DNA of 64,000 nucleotides from Anthoceros angustus. Taxonomy: Eukaryota; Plantae; Anthocerotophyta. Positions 13,131 through 25,150 of this stretch are shown piece after piece. How positions within the stretch are numbered: the stretch's first letter is position 1; each line of letters begins with the position of its first letter. Location: the NCBI GenBank assembly GCA_010909165.1, contig VJWM01000063.1, positions 1,736,001-1,800,000 of the forward strand, written 5' to 3'. Position numbers and translations under genes: made by a program. The notes under the pieces were generated by a model, which made no database searches, was not told the origin of the DNA, and worked only from the letters and a program-made list of their open reading frames with translations.

Positions 13131-14838
13131 GAGGTGGGTGGCGGAGGAGCCCGGAGGAGAGGCGTGGGGAGGCGGTTGCCCTCCCCGCAGCGATGGCGGG
13201 GCGACGCCCGCTGCGCGGAGGAGAGGGAGGGAGCATTGCGCATTGGAGGAGGAAGGCAACCCCGCTTTGGGGACCAGGGTCGTTGAGGGCAGCGAGGAGG
13301 CGATTGCGCCCGCCCGGCCGAGAGGAGGGATGGAGGCATGCCTCACGGGCGCGCGCCCGGCGGAGGCCGAGCTTCGGGCATGGCGGTGGCGGTGCCATGT
13401 CGCCCGCCGCCGGAGGTCCATGGTGGCGGGGGCGATGCTGCCGCGAGGCCGACGGAGGCACAGCGATGGCGGGGATGGGCGGGATCACGGGCGTGGAGGC
13501 GACGCCGTCTTTGGGAGCAGACGAGCCAGCAGTGATCTTGTGGCGATCTCGGCAGTGGGGCCAGCGCCGTCCGGTTGAGAAAAGGCTGTATGGGAGGAAT
13601 AACGGTTCCATCGGTGGCGCCATCTCGGCGTGGAGGCGGAAGCGGATTAGCGGGCGAGGCGAGGCTGCGGAGGGAGGCGAGGCGGCTGGCTGCGCGCGAG
13701 CTCACCGCGGTGGAGGCCGACATCCGGCCCGTGGGGAGGAGGAGGAGGAGGAGGTGGAGCAACTCCGGTACGGTGGCGGGGCGGAGGCCATGTCGGAAGA
13801 AGATGGAGAGTGCGGCTCAACCCCACTCAGCGGAGCCAAGGGGAGGAAGCGCGACTACGAGGAGTCGGACACGGTGTCCGTGGAGCAGCGCGCCCGGCCA
13901 AGGCGGGTGCCTCAGGCGCCCAATGCCGGGCCGGCTGCTGGAGGCGGGGGCCAATAGGGACGGGAGGCGATGAGCAGCGGAATGCTCGGCCGTGGCCATG
14001 GAGGGGCACAATTAAGGTCCTTCGGCGGATGATCAAGCGCATGGAGGGGAAGTAGGCGGCGCGTCATCCCTTGTCTTGAGAGATGCATCGGCGGTTTTAG
14101 TTGTTTGCATAGGAAGCATGCGCCGTAGGAAAGGCCTTGATGGGAGATAGGGTTTGATGCTAGCTGTGCAATTTTGCGATGTGTGCAGTGGACATCCTTT
14201 TTTGATCAATGGAATGGCACCCCTTGGCTGTGAAATTTGGCTCTTTGCACGCAGCATAAACATTCTTGGCGAGGTTGATGGGTAGACGGCGGTGGTGGTG
14301 GGTCGCCATCCCCTCTTCCTGTTTGGAGCCGCATCGTGCTTCTTCTTGTTTGAAAGAGGATCGTGGCTCTCATTGTTTCCAGCATCGCGGGTTCCTTAAG
14401 GAATAGACGGTCCCAAAGTCCATACTGCGACGAGGAAGCGGTGGGCGCTGCATGGTTCGCAAACCATGGCCGTGGCGCGGCGCGGCCCGTCATTACTACG
14501 CATGCCGGCGGCGTCGTAGGGTTTGTGAATCAAATGGAGCGGTGCGCCGGCCACGTTAGGGTTTGGTGGCCATTGGATGCCCTCGAAGGAAACTTAATGG
14601 CACAAGGTAGTGCGGAAACATTCGAAAACATAGTGTCCCGTCTCTTTGTTTTCAAAGGTGAAAGCCGGAAATTTTCAAGGACACCCGTTTGAGGACATTG
14701 TGTGTGTCCCTTTGGTGTAGCCGCTCTTGGTTAGGGCGCCAAAGCCATGTGGCCATGTGGCAAAAAAGAAACCTGCTTTGGAATGTAGGGTATATTCCTC
14801 AAGATCCCCACGCCTTGCATGGGTTTCGCGAAAAAATA

Positions 14839-14875
14839 AATGTCCCATCCCCTCTGTCCCCTTTGGTATGCCATA
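14839..14875. repeat. Right terminal inverted repeat of copy A
   Basis: AATGTCCCATCCCCTCTGTCCCCTTTGGTATGCCATA, identical to 34611-34647. Confidence 0.9.
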
Positions 14876-15064
14876 ACCAAGTCAAGAGCTTCTAAATGTT
14901 GAACATAGTGGTACTGAGATTTACTAAATGTATCCAATTTTAGCATAGGGAAATCAGAACGATTGGTTTGTTTTGATTTACTTTTAAAATACCAAATTAA
15001 AAAAATATTAAGCAAGCAAGGGTTTATTTAAAAACCAAGGAACACCTGGGGCATTGGATCCGTG

Positions 15065-15099
15065 TATGGCATACCAAAGAGGACGGAGGGACATTTTTT
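15065..15099. repeat. Left terminal inverted repeat of copy B
   Basis: TATGGCATACCAAAGAGGACGGAGGGACATTTTTT; subterminal CCAAAG motifs recur near both ends. Confidence 0.9.
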
Positions 15100-16279
15100 C
15101 TTCCATAAAACTTTTGGTGTCGGTTTGGTAACCCGACCGAAATGGGGTAGCCAAAGGGGCACCAAAGCCACTTGGTCCGGATTTCAGAAAGGGAACTTTA
15201 GGGTTTTTGCGCACTCACTCTATGTGTTTTTCTCCCACGGAACAAAAATTTTGTTCCGCGCCATTCTGTTTAGGGTCCGGTAGGCCTCGCCGCAAGCCAC
15301 ATGCCCGTTTTAGGGTTCATGTGCTAAGAGGGTGGAGCGGCATGGTTTAGGGCAGTTTAGGGCAACCGATTTGGCGGGGCGCTGCGCCACGCCGAGGCAG
15401 TGGTTGGGGCGACGGCGAGGCGGCGAGCGGGGCGGGGCGGAGGCGGGGCGGGGCGGGGCGGCGAGGCGGCGGCGGGGCGTGTCGAGCGGCGGCGAGCACG
15501 CAGCGGCGCCTCAGGCGGCGGCGCGCCGCGGCGCCCTCATTGTGAGCGCGCGGCGAGCGGGCGGGGCGGGCCCGGCCACGCCCACCACGGGGCGTTGGCG
15601 GGGCGGCGGCGAGCGGCGGGTGGGGGTTCTGCGCGGACGAGGCGGAGAAGGCGGCTGCGTTGAGGCAAACACGGGGCGGAGGAGGGCTGCGGTGGCGGCG
15701 GGCAGGCGGGGCGGAGGCGGGGCGGGCGAGGGCGAGGCGGGGCGGGCTGCGGTGGCGGCGAGGGCAGACGAGGCGGCGGGCCTTCACTCAGGTGACAGAC
15801 GGCCAGCCGTGGAGGCGGGGCGGGGCGGGGCGGGGCGGGGCGGGGCGGGGCGGGGCGGGCAAGGCGGGGAGGCGGGGAGGCGGAGGAAGGCGGTGCAGGC
15901 GGCGGGGGCAGGCAGGCGGCGGGGCGGGCAGGAGGCGGGGCGTGGCGAGGCCTGCCCGGGCGCGCTGGGAGGAGGCAGCCGTATGATCCTCCCCATCCTT
16001 GCACCAAGCCGCAACTAACCTCCTCATTTCTTCACGCCCATGGTGATGCCGAATTGTTTGATGCTCATTTCTTTGCAAGCGGTGACGCAGATGGTACTGG
16101 TGCCACTGCAGTGTGTAGGCTTCTGCGGTTGTGGGCGGGATGGCCCGGCCCCTCTCCTCCTCACATGCATGAGGCCGCAGCCTGACCCTTGCATGTGTGG
16201 GGCGGTGGAGGAGGGTTCCACGATCTCCTCCGAGCTCACCCGATCCTAATATGTGGAGTGAGTTGTTTCTGTCTTATGA

Positions 16280-16711
16280 CCCCAAGAAGCCAATGCATCC
16301 TTTGTCCTCGAGGAGCTTGATGCGCTTTTGCGACATGCGGAGGACCTAGCGACCTCATCGCCACAGAGAACTACCCTTGGACTTGAAGTTCTTTTGGTGA
16401 GGGCGTGGTCGCGGTATTTGGACTGGACTTCCCTCTGCGAGTGCCTTCCGTGGCGCACTATTTCATGCATACCCATTTTGATGGGTGGCCATTGGGTCCT
16501 AACGATCCTGCGAGGCCTCGCGGTCCAAGCACCCGAGTCACCGGAGGACTTCAAGGCGTGGATGGCCAAGTTTCACTCACGGCTTGACTCCACGGTAGGT
16601 GGCCTCGGCCTTCTCGCCCCCTCCATTTCATCTCAACGTCTTCTGAATTGGGCCCGCCAACCATGTCTTGTGGGAGGAGATGAGCGACCTCTACATCATC
16701 GAGGGCGGTGA
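16280..16711 (+). pseudogene. Possible Ulp1/SENP-like cysteine protease fragment
   Basis: ISCIPILMGGHWVLTIL resembles the Ulp1 catalytic-His strand (IPIxxxxHWxLxV). No clear catalytic Cys motif was seen. Confidence 0.35.
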
Positions 16712-17304
16712 TCATGGGGTTGGGGCTGGTGGTCATGTGCTTTAGGCCGTGGCGAGGGTTTTGATAGGACTTGATGTCTGAGGCCTTTACGGTTTAGATT
16801 TGTAGGTGTCTTGAGACCACTTCCCAGTTTTGACTTGACCAAATTTTGGCCTTCCCTCTTTCGTATTCTCACCACTCGGCGGATATGCCCGTTTTCAACT
16901 TGGCCCTCGGTTCATGCTTGCCGCGTGTTCCCTCGTGCATTTTGGCCGCTTTTCCATTCTCCCTTGTCAGCCCCCCGGCTTTTGCCCCGACTTTCCATGT
17001 CACTTGCTTATTAATTGACAACCCATACAGGCCCTTCTGTGTGATTTGGGTCCATGGAACTCGCTCTTCCACGGAGGTTCGTCGCTTTGATAGCTGCCTC
17101 CACTTCAAGGAATGCGGTTTCACACAAAGGTGATTCGACGCGCGTCTCACAATTTTCATGCACCATTGTGGAAGGTCGGAGAACTTGCGAGAATGTCTGC
17201 CCATGCCTTGCGGTGGACATGGCCCGGTTCTTTGGGCCAGGAGGCTATTCCATGAGCCCTGCGTCATGTGTCCTGTGTGGCCCCTCCGGCCCTCACGTTT
17301 CTAT

Positions 17305-18012
17305 CCTATCGGCGGTGATGCCCTGTCCCGTCGCCTTCCCTATCCATGTCTCATTGTCTCCCGCTTGCACTACAGCCCGCCTAGTCCACCGGTGCCACCG
17401 CGCACCTCATATGAAAAGCGTTCGAAGAGGTTAAGGGCTCTCCATGTCCACAGTGTATGTGATGCATTCCACTCCACACCATCTCCTGCGGAGGGATCCC
17501 GTCGCACCTGTGCAAACAGCACACCGCTCTGCAGGCGATACATGTCCGGGGAGTAATTTGTACACTTCAAGCTCGTCGCCATGTCCCTCGCCACTTGCAT
17601 GTCCTACACAAAACATTTGTCGTCATCCTGTTGGTGTTCACATTGAGCGGTCTTGGTGGCGTTCACCCTATCGGCGGTGATGCCTGTCGCCTTCCCTATC
17701 CATGTCTCATTGCCTCCCGCACCACATACCCGCCCCGCCCCCTGCCACCCGCGACGCACCTCATATGAAAAGCGCTCAAGAGGTTAAGGGCTCTCCATGT
17801 CCACAGTGCACCGGTTCCGCATTCCACTCCCACACCATCTCGCAGAGGATCCCGTCGCCGCAATACAAGCACACGGTCACCGCCGCAAAGCGATACATGT
17901 CCGGGAGGTAATTTGTACACTTCAAGCCTGCCTCGTACGCCATGTCCCTCGCCACTTGCATGTCCTACACAAAACATTTGTCGTCATCAGCAACTGTTGG
18001 TGTTCACATTCA
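17305..18012. repeat. ~360-bp tandem duplication inside copy B
   Basis: CCTATCGGCGGTGATGCC...GGTGTTCACATT occurs at ~17305-17645 and again at ~17666-18012. Confidence 0.85.
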
Positions 18013-19300
18013 GGACGGTCTTCGGCTGACGTTCACTTACCCCTGTCAGCAATGCTATCGGAGGAAGCGGTGGCACCTCCGGTGCAACGTTGCGGGCGTA
18101 CTGTGGTCCGGGGACATAGTAGTCGTTGTCGTCCTCCTCGTCTACCCCATATGCAGGCGGCCCTACCAGGCCAGCCAGCCGCTCCTCCTCCTGGAAGGCC
18201 TCCGCGGGGACGTGGCCAGCTATGTCATCGTCTCCCGACCTCATTTTCCTCACCCTGTGCAAGTTCCACACCCGAACGAAAGTCGCCAGCTCTGTCCTCA
18301 TGGTGGGCATGAATGCTGCGTGCAAGGAATGTATGTGCCAAGGGTTCGTGGTATCCAACTCACGGCTGTCCTGCAGCTCCAACATGTACCTCTTGTACAG
18401 GAAGCCCCACTTCTCCTTCAGCGCCCTCCAGAAGTGCTCGATCCGCTGCCTCCCACCCACCAACCCACCAACCCGCCGTTATATATGCGGCTCCGGCCGG
18501 AAGTTCCGAGCCGCGTCGTGAAGCACATTGCGGCAAATCCCTTCACATGACATCCGGTATCCACCTTACGATTGTGCACGATGGCCCCGAATGAAGTTCC
18601 TCCGTTCTCTCGCGGCCTCGCTGGTTGAGTCCTCCTCAACTAGGTTGTGCTCCCGCGAATCGGACCGAATCCGCTGCGGGTGCCCAAACTCTCCGCACCG
18701 CCTCGCGTCGCCTTGTAGATTGTTCAGCCCGCTTGTTGTCCTCGGCACCGCCCCGCGTTATGTAGTCGTTGCCCCATCTATGGCCGCGTGCACCACGAAG
18801 TGGAACATGTACATCTTGTCGTCTGTGCCACACTTTTCGCACCCGTTAGCTTCATGCGTTGTCTTTGCGGCTTACTCGGCGACCACCATGTGCTCCAAGT
18901 TCCGCACACACGATCCATGTGCCACATGTACATCGGTGTTACATTGTGTATTGCACCGAATCTTGCTGCGACCTCATTTTCCATGGCCTCCGGTGCATGG
19001 CTCGCAATCTTTGCCGTCACACCCCTCAGGCACGGCGGCCCGGCCCCGCGTCTTGCTGCACAATCCTCACTCCCAGTTCACACCACGCGTGATGGTCACA
19101 TTTTGTAGGATGAGGTTGCGACGTCTTCTATTGTTCTCGGCGGACCGCGTGGCACCTCTCCATCCACGGGCACCGTGCGGCCACCTCCTCCGTCCGCGGT
19201 GCACATCCCGGCTCGCTGCGAGCCCTTTCAATGTCCGTCCGCCCCTCCTCCGCCCCTCTGCGATGTTCCTCAAAGTCTCCACTTGAAAGGCGGCCTGGCC
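17987..19300 (-). pseudogene. IS3EU/IS481-type DDE transposase (integrase core) with spliceosomal introns, frameshifted
   Basis: MWHMD|HDKMYMFHFVVHAAIDG, then EFGHPQRIRSD, VHN and RIEHFWRAL...WHIHSLHAAFMPTMRTELATFVRVWNLHRVR. This matches the family pattern WHIDGxHKL...VIHGxIDG, FGxPxRVRSD, SVHNQRIERxW, LHxxFxPxxxxxLxxFxxxWNxH. Introns: 18823-18911 (GT..CTAAC..CAG) and 18446-18569 (GTAAGG..CAG; phase off by 2). Confidence 0.75.
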
Positions 19301-20299
19301 GTTCCCTTCCCTCTCCCGCCTCGCCCTCTGTTTTTGTCGGAGGGCTCGTGATCGTCTCCACCTCCGACGCCGCTTTCCTCCCCTTCCTCCGCCGGATCCC
19401 CCTCCCGTCCTCTCGCCTCGGCCCCTCCATCTCCCCTTGCAGCCGCCCCATCTCCCCTCCGCCACCCCACATACGGTCGGCCTCACCGGACCCTCCGCCC
19501 CTCCGCCATCCTCTCATTGCCACAGCCGGCCCCTCCGCCTCTGCCTCGCACCCGCTCTGGGCCTCGGCCCGCCTCTCCCCTCCTCCGGTTCCCTTTGGCC
19601 CGCCCCTCCCCTTCCTCCCACCCCGCGCGCCCCGCGCCCGCCCACCCCGCCCGTCACTCGCACCGGATGGCGCTCACGGCCCCTCCGCCCCTTCCTCCTT
19701 CCGCTCGCGCCCTCGCCCGCGGCCCCTCGCCCGTCCCTCCCTCCGCCCCTCGCCTCTCCGCTCCCTCCGCCCCTCCTCCTCCTCCGCCTCGGCCCGCCCC
19801 TCCCCTTCCTCCCACCCCGCCCCAACCCCATCGTCCGACCCCCCCGTTCACGCCTGCCATCCACCCCGCGCCCTCGTCATCACCCTCATCTCCCCCTCCT
19901 TCCCCCTGCACACCGCCGTCTTCGCCCTCATCGCCGCGCCCCCTGCACTCCGCGCCATCAATCCGACCATCGCCCTGAAGCGAACCCAACCCCGCCCGTT
20001 CTCTGCCGGCGTCCCCCATGATCGCTGCAGGTGTTTCGCGTACTCGGGCCTATCCTCCCCACAGCCTGCCCTCGCCGTTGCGTGGTCTCCCGCTGGGATT
20101 CACTACTTGGAGCCGCGGTCGGGTTCAGCACCGGAGCACGCCACTTGTTCCATCTACTGACAATGCGTGGTTTCCCTCATCTCCGGCCGTATGTCGAATA
20201 ATTCCGCTTTCACGACCGCAATTGTTCATGAAATGAAGCGTCATGTGCCTTATTCACTTCTGACGCTTTGGGTTGCCGGATGATGCCTAAGGACATTCA

Positions 20300-21350
20300 T
20301 GCCTTGCTTCTTTCCACAAATCCACGATACAATGTTTCAAATACCCCCACCATTATTCCTCGCCTTTCCACCCCACAACTCTCGGTGATAGGCCACGGTG
20401 TGTGCGTTGAAGAGAAACACGAGACTCTTTGTACCCCCCTACACTGGAATTTGGGCTCCCATATCTCGCGTGCTCGAGGATGGCGTGAGCGTGCAAAGCC
20501 TCCTCTTGACAAAGAAGCTCACCTTGTCCACGACAAGACATCATCGGTTGTCAAGGAGAAAGCGGCAACCGACATTGCGACGGCGGCACCCCTCGTCGAC
20601 TCGCGGGCAATTGTCATTCGCCCATGCCGATCGCTGCATGCCATCGCCAACATGCCCATGTAGTCCCGCTGCCCGGTCCACACATCTATGCGGGAACGTC
20701 GTGGCGGTCCATACCGATGCACCAGTGTCGCATCCCCACTCCACCAAGCAGCCACCCATCGCCCTTTGCGGTCTCGCGCATGCTCCTTTTTATTTAGGAT
20801 GCATGGCGATCCAGTTCAGCGGGCATCGTGTCCACCACCGTCGCGCATGGTACGTGGGTCGCGATCGAACCCACCCACGTACACAGTCGACCATCGTCAC
20901 CAAGCACGGCGACATTGCATCCGCCTCACCCCACCACCATTGCTGCACTCTTACGAGCGGCCAACTCCATCGCCTTCGCATCCCTTCTCCTTCGTGTTGG
21001 ACCGCCCCAACCCACCAATCCGCCGTGGCGAGGCTCCTTGTTCTTCGCAGCCTCCGCAATTCAAATGTGTCCATGTGCTGAAATAGATACCCTCGGTGCA
21101 TGTCGCCCAACCTCCACAACTGCATTGCCCACCTCTCATCCGGAGCATCCTCCACTTGGCATGGTTCCATCCTGCACGCACCAAAACCACCCACGAGTCC
21201 AAGCCCGCAGCCCTTGTCTCCTCCGATCGCCCTCGACATCGCCACCATGTCCCGGTCCATCCGCTATGCGAGCGTGCGAATGTCGTCCGGCGTTACGCGA
21301 ACACCGGCATGGACGGCGATGATGTCGACGTCCTCTACCCGGTCGTCCGC
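20300..21350 (-). pseudogene. Possible second Ulp1-like protease remnant
   Basis: VRVTPDDIRTL (~21270), RHWCIGMD (~20715) and TESCGV (~20385) occur in Ulp1 order but in different frames. Confidence 0.25.
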
Positions 21351-21879
21351 TGCGCAACGCCCCCACGCCATCGTATCCTCGTGTCCCTGTTCGTTCCATC
21401 CGGATCCGCTACCGCCTGTGGCCCCGCAAAAACAACCGCGATCGAGCCACCGCCGCCTTCTTCGCTCCATGCTCAATGATGTTTCCCCCATTCCCCCTTA
21501 GCCTTTGCCGCGACCCCAACCCCAATTTCACTTCGCTCTCACTCCCGCACACTGCACGGACCGCGATTGAAGTTCCCAATGTCCCTTCACCCCACGGGGT
21601 TTCGTCGACTTCCGTTATCGCCCTCGGCGTCGTCGGAAGCGGTGGTCTGCTCGATGACCCGCCATGGCTCCACGATTTCCACAACTCGACCGTCGGAGAA
21701 TGGAGTGTCCTCCAGCGGCGCATGGACTCTTCCTTCCGCTTGAAATTGAATAAGGCGGCATCGCGATTTTCGGAGGCACCGCGGGCTGTCATTGCTCCTC
21801 CCGCCACACTTTTAAGATTCCACGCGCCGCCACGTTGTCCTTCTCGACCGCGGGTGCATTAATTCGCCTCCTTTTGTGT

Positions 21880-23050
21880 GCACAAGCTACCTCCTTCGCC
21901 CCACATACTCACTGGCGAACACCAGAATGAACACGCAACTTGCGGCATCAATAATTACCAATGGGATGGCATTTGAAACATGTAGTCCACAATCCCAAGC
22001 GAACATCACACATCACACAACGACTTGGCCACCTCTCTACAACGGCTCGGCAATCTCGCTAGGCCATGCCATAAACCGTGTTGTGAGAAATGGCGGTCGC
22101 ACCCTCGCGCACATAGTGTCCTCGAGTCATACAATGGAAGGAGCAATGTCGGCGCACGTCATGGCTGGGGGAGCTGTCCTCCGTCATCAATGGTACTTCA
22201 AACACCACAATTGGCCCCTCACCAAAGAACACGCGGTCCGTAATGAAGGTGCACTTACTCTCTGCAAAGACAACCTCGCCATCGCGAACATGGTCTTATT
22301 TCGGTGCATGCCTCAAAGGTCGTCCGTTCGGAAGTTATCTCACATCCTTGAGCAGGAGAAAAAGCGACCACCTCCAAAGATAACGTGTTCACAATGGGCA
22401 TCACCGCCCGAAGGCCCAAGCTGCACCACAAGTCGAACCCGTCCCCACAAGCCCCCAACATGCAAGCACTTTTAAACAAGACCTCCTCGGTTAGCCTCTC
22501 GACCATGCTCACCTCCATGCCAAGTGCGGTCCCGGACGGCGTGCAAAATGTCGAAAAACTCCGGATCCCCAGCCGTGATGAGGGCAACGGCCTCCTTGAT
22601 GGCCGCATGCGCCGTCCGCACTTGCCCATGAGGCCTTCTTCATAGACAACACACCCATCACCTCCGGGTAGCACGCTTTCATGTCCGCCTTGAAGGCCTT
22701 CCTCAAGAACGATGAGCCCCGGCGCATCTTGCCACACCTTCCGTCCATCCGGCCGCCAAGGGCGTGTGCAATTGTGGCCCGTCATGGGGCATGACACTTG
22801 CACGCCGGCCGCCAGACCATGTACACGAGGTAGCCAAAGAACCGAGCATGAGTCGAGGCTGCGTGTTAGAATGAAAGGCCGGGCTATGATGAACACTCCA
22901 CACACACGCGACTCACCACACAATCGCTCATCCGCGAGATGGACTTCCCCTTTTTGATGTGGTGCAGTGTCCCCGAGCCCCCGGGGTTGTCCCTCGCCTC
23001 AAACACGCAGTTCATGAACATGGGATTACGCGGTGCCGCCATGCTCGCCG
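21880..23050 (-). pseudogene. Crypton/DUF3504-like tyrosine recombinase remnant (copy B)
   Basis: KGKSISRMSDC|ASTHARFFGYLVYM is in frame across intron 22859-22916 (GTGAGT..CTAAC..CAG). It is followed by FKADMKACYPEVMGVLSM, GDPEFFDILH, RLTEEVLFKSACMLG, LGLRAV/EHV and HSGVRQ. Confidence 0.6.
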
Positions 23051-24299
23051 ATGCGGTGGCCTAAATCAACCGTCTCCGCCTCTGGCAAACTACCCCCCCC
23101 ATGCCGGGTTGCGTACTGGACATGGAACCGTGGGAACACAGACTTCCCATCACAATGTTGCTTGAAGAGGTCTCGAGGCCCGCATTCGGCCGCCTCTACA
23201 TCACCCGCAAAGCGATCGGGAAAGTGGCCATGGCGGGCGCGTATGCTGGGCACTTCAATTGCTGAATGGCAATAGGCGCAGGAGGTCCTACCTTCAGCAC
23301 AATCCGCCTCTTACACGATGCTGCTGTCTGGATGGGCTCCAGTGGTATTTGTGAGGCGAACCGGCGCATAGCGGAGTTGGCGGCATCGTGGGCCTCTTGC
23401 GCCACTTCCGTAAACCGCCCGGCGTCTCCCTCACAAATCGTTACGCCTCGCCGCGGCGACGCCTTCCATTCTCGGTGGCGCCGTGCGGCGCGACTCCTCC
23501 TCATCAGCAGTGGCGGAGGTTGGTTGTGGCCCATGTCTCCAAGTCCTCGCTCTATGGCCCCGAGATCGAGGGCCGGGTCTACGCCTTCCAGCTTCAAGAG
23601 CCTCGCCGCGGCGCGATCGCCGATGAAGCCTTCTTGTCACGACATCGTAAAGCTCCAACCCCGGACGCCACCACCGCCGCAGCAACCCTCCGTGTCTATC
23701 CGATGTCCTTCTCCATAATCGAGTGCACGGTCAACACCCGGCGTGGTCCGGATTCCCCATCCTGCACTCTCTCTCGCGCGCCTCGCCGCGGGATGTCGAA
23801 AACATCTTGGCCTCACGCGCTCGCGCATTCCGTTTCGCGCATGGGAGATGGCTGGCAGCTTTCTTCGCAGCCTCCAGGAGGACGGAAGCAGACTGCCATG
23901 CCGCAACCAGCCGCTCGTATGTTTTCAAGAATCGACGCCCGGCGGCGGCTGCGATCGCGTTCACCGCCGCCATGCCTCGCCGCCTCCCCATCTCGCCAGC
24001 CGGAGGGCGCCCTCCTTTCATCTGCGGAATCGTCAATGACCACGAAGGCCCCACTGCGATTGCCCCCGGTCGAGGCGATGGCACAAAGCCACTTGGTCAA
24101 GTCGGATCTCGGTCCGGCCGGAGATCGAGTCTGTCGTCCACCACTTGTGTGCACGTCATCTCCGTCGAAATCCGCTTCCCGCCGCCGCTCCTTCCTCCTC
24201 TTCCAAGACCCACTTTTTCGGTAGTTGCGGACCATGAGCAGCGTCATCGGGATCGGGATCCCGGACATACAAAGCGCACCTTGCAAAACGTTAGCGCCT

Positions 24300-25150
24300 G
24301 TGATGCGGTGCTAAGGCGAAACGAGGCGGGTCATCTGTGAGGCTGCGATCGGCGAAGCTGCGGGCTTGCACCTGCCAGTTCGCTGAAGCAACCAGGCCCA
24401 AATTCTTGCGGGAAGGCGGAAGAGGGCTGCCACCTGGTCCACGAGTGCGGCCGCCAGAGTCCCCGGATCAAACTCGGAACCGTCATACCTCGCTCCCACG
24501 GGCATGGCAGCCGGTACGTGCAACTCCACCACTGTGCAATCTGCTGCAGCAATCCTCTTGACAAACCGCCTCCCCCCATCTGCCTCTGGTCCTAAGTGGA
24601 TGGCCTCGTAAATGCGATTCTGCGGAACCGTGATAGCGAGCTTCTTCATGTGCACTCGGCCCTGCGCTGCCAGACGCCCGCCCTCTCTGCCGTCTCCCCC
24701 CCCCAGGAACCATAATCGGGTGATTGCGGCGTTGTGTGAGGGGGATGTTTCCCATAGCCGCACGCACCGTTGCAGGTTCCGGCGCCGTGGAGGGAACGTG
24801 CACCCCCACCCTCACTGTCCCCGGAAGGTACCTGCTCCGGTCGCTGCGCCCAGACTGCGACGCCGAGCCTGCAATGGACACTTCTGGCCAAGGGTCCGCC
24901 GCACCAGTGGCCGCTGGTGTCTGGCAAACACCGGAGGGGCCTTGCGGATTGCCTCGCGCACTGTGAATTCTAGCAGGCGTGCAGGAGGCTTGCAAACGCG
25001 ATGAGGCCGACCTTGGCAGTGGGGGATTTGACTGGAAGACATTTGCATCCTCGTCGTCGGAGTTCACCCAATCTCCGAGAATGTCGTCACCGCCATCGTG
25101 CACAGCATTCAGACGGCGACGGCGCTCCGGCCTCTCCTCGTTCGCCATGT
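24300..25150 (-). pseudogene. Unknown element-borne ORF remnant (copy B)
   Basis: HMKKLAITVPQNRIYEAIHLG...RRFVKRIAAADCTVVELHVPAAMPVG, homologous to 7050-7900. Confidence 0.35.

Larger units (their letters stand above)
4010..14875. mobile_element. Giant DNA transposon copy A (left end missing)
   Basis: Right end 14839-14875 is identical to the right TIR of copy B (34611-34647). The terminal ~800 bp and the internal modules align in the same order with copy B. No left TATGGCATACC was found upstream. The left boundary is approximate. Confidence 0.75.

Noticed and set aside
11865-13957. Long 300-750 aa ORFs in all frames (also 30619-33887, 15332-16018, 19231-20160, 4337-4954)
   Set aside because: They arise from very GC-rich repeats lacking stop codons. 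The translations are low-complexity P/R/G/A and overlap on both strands.
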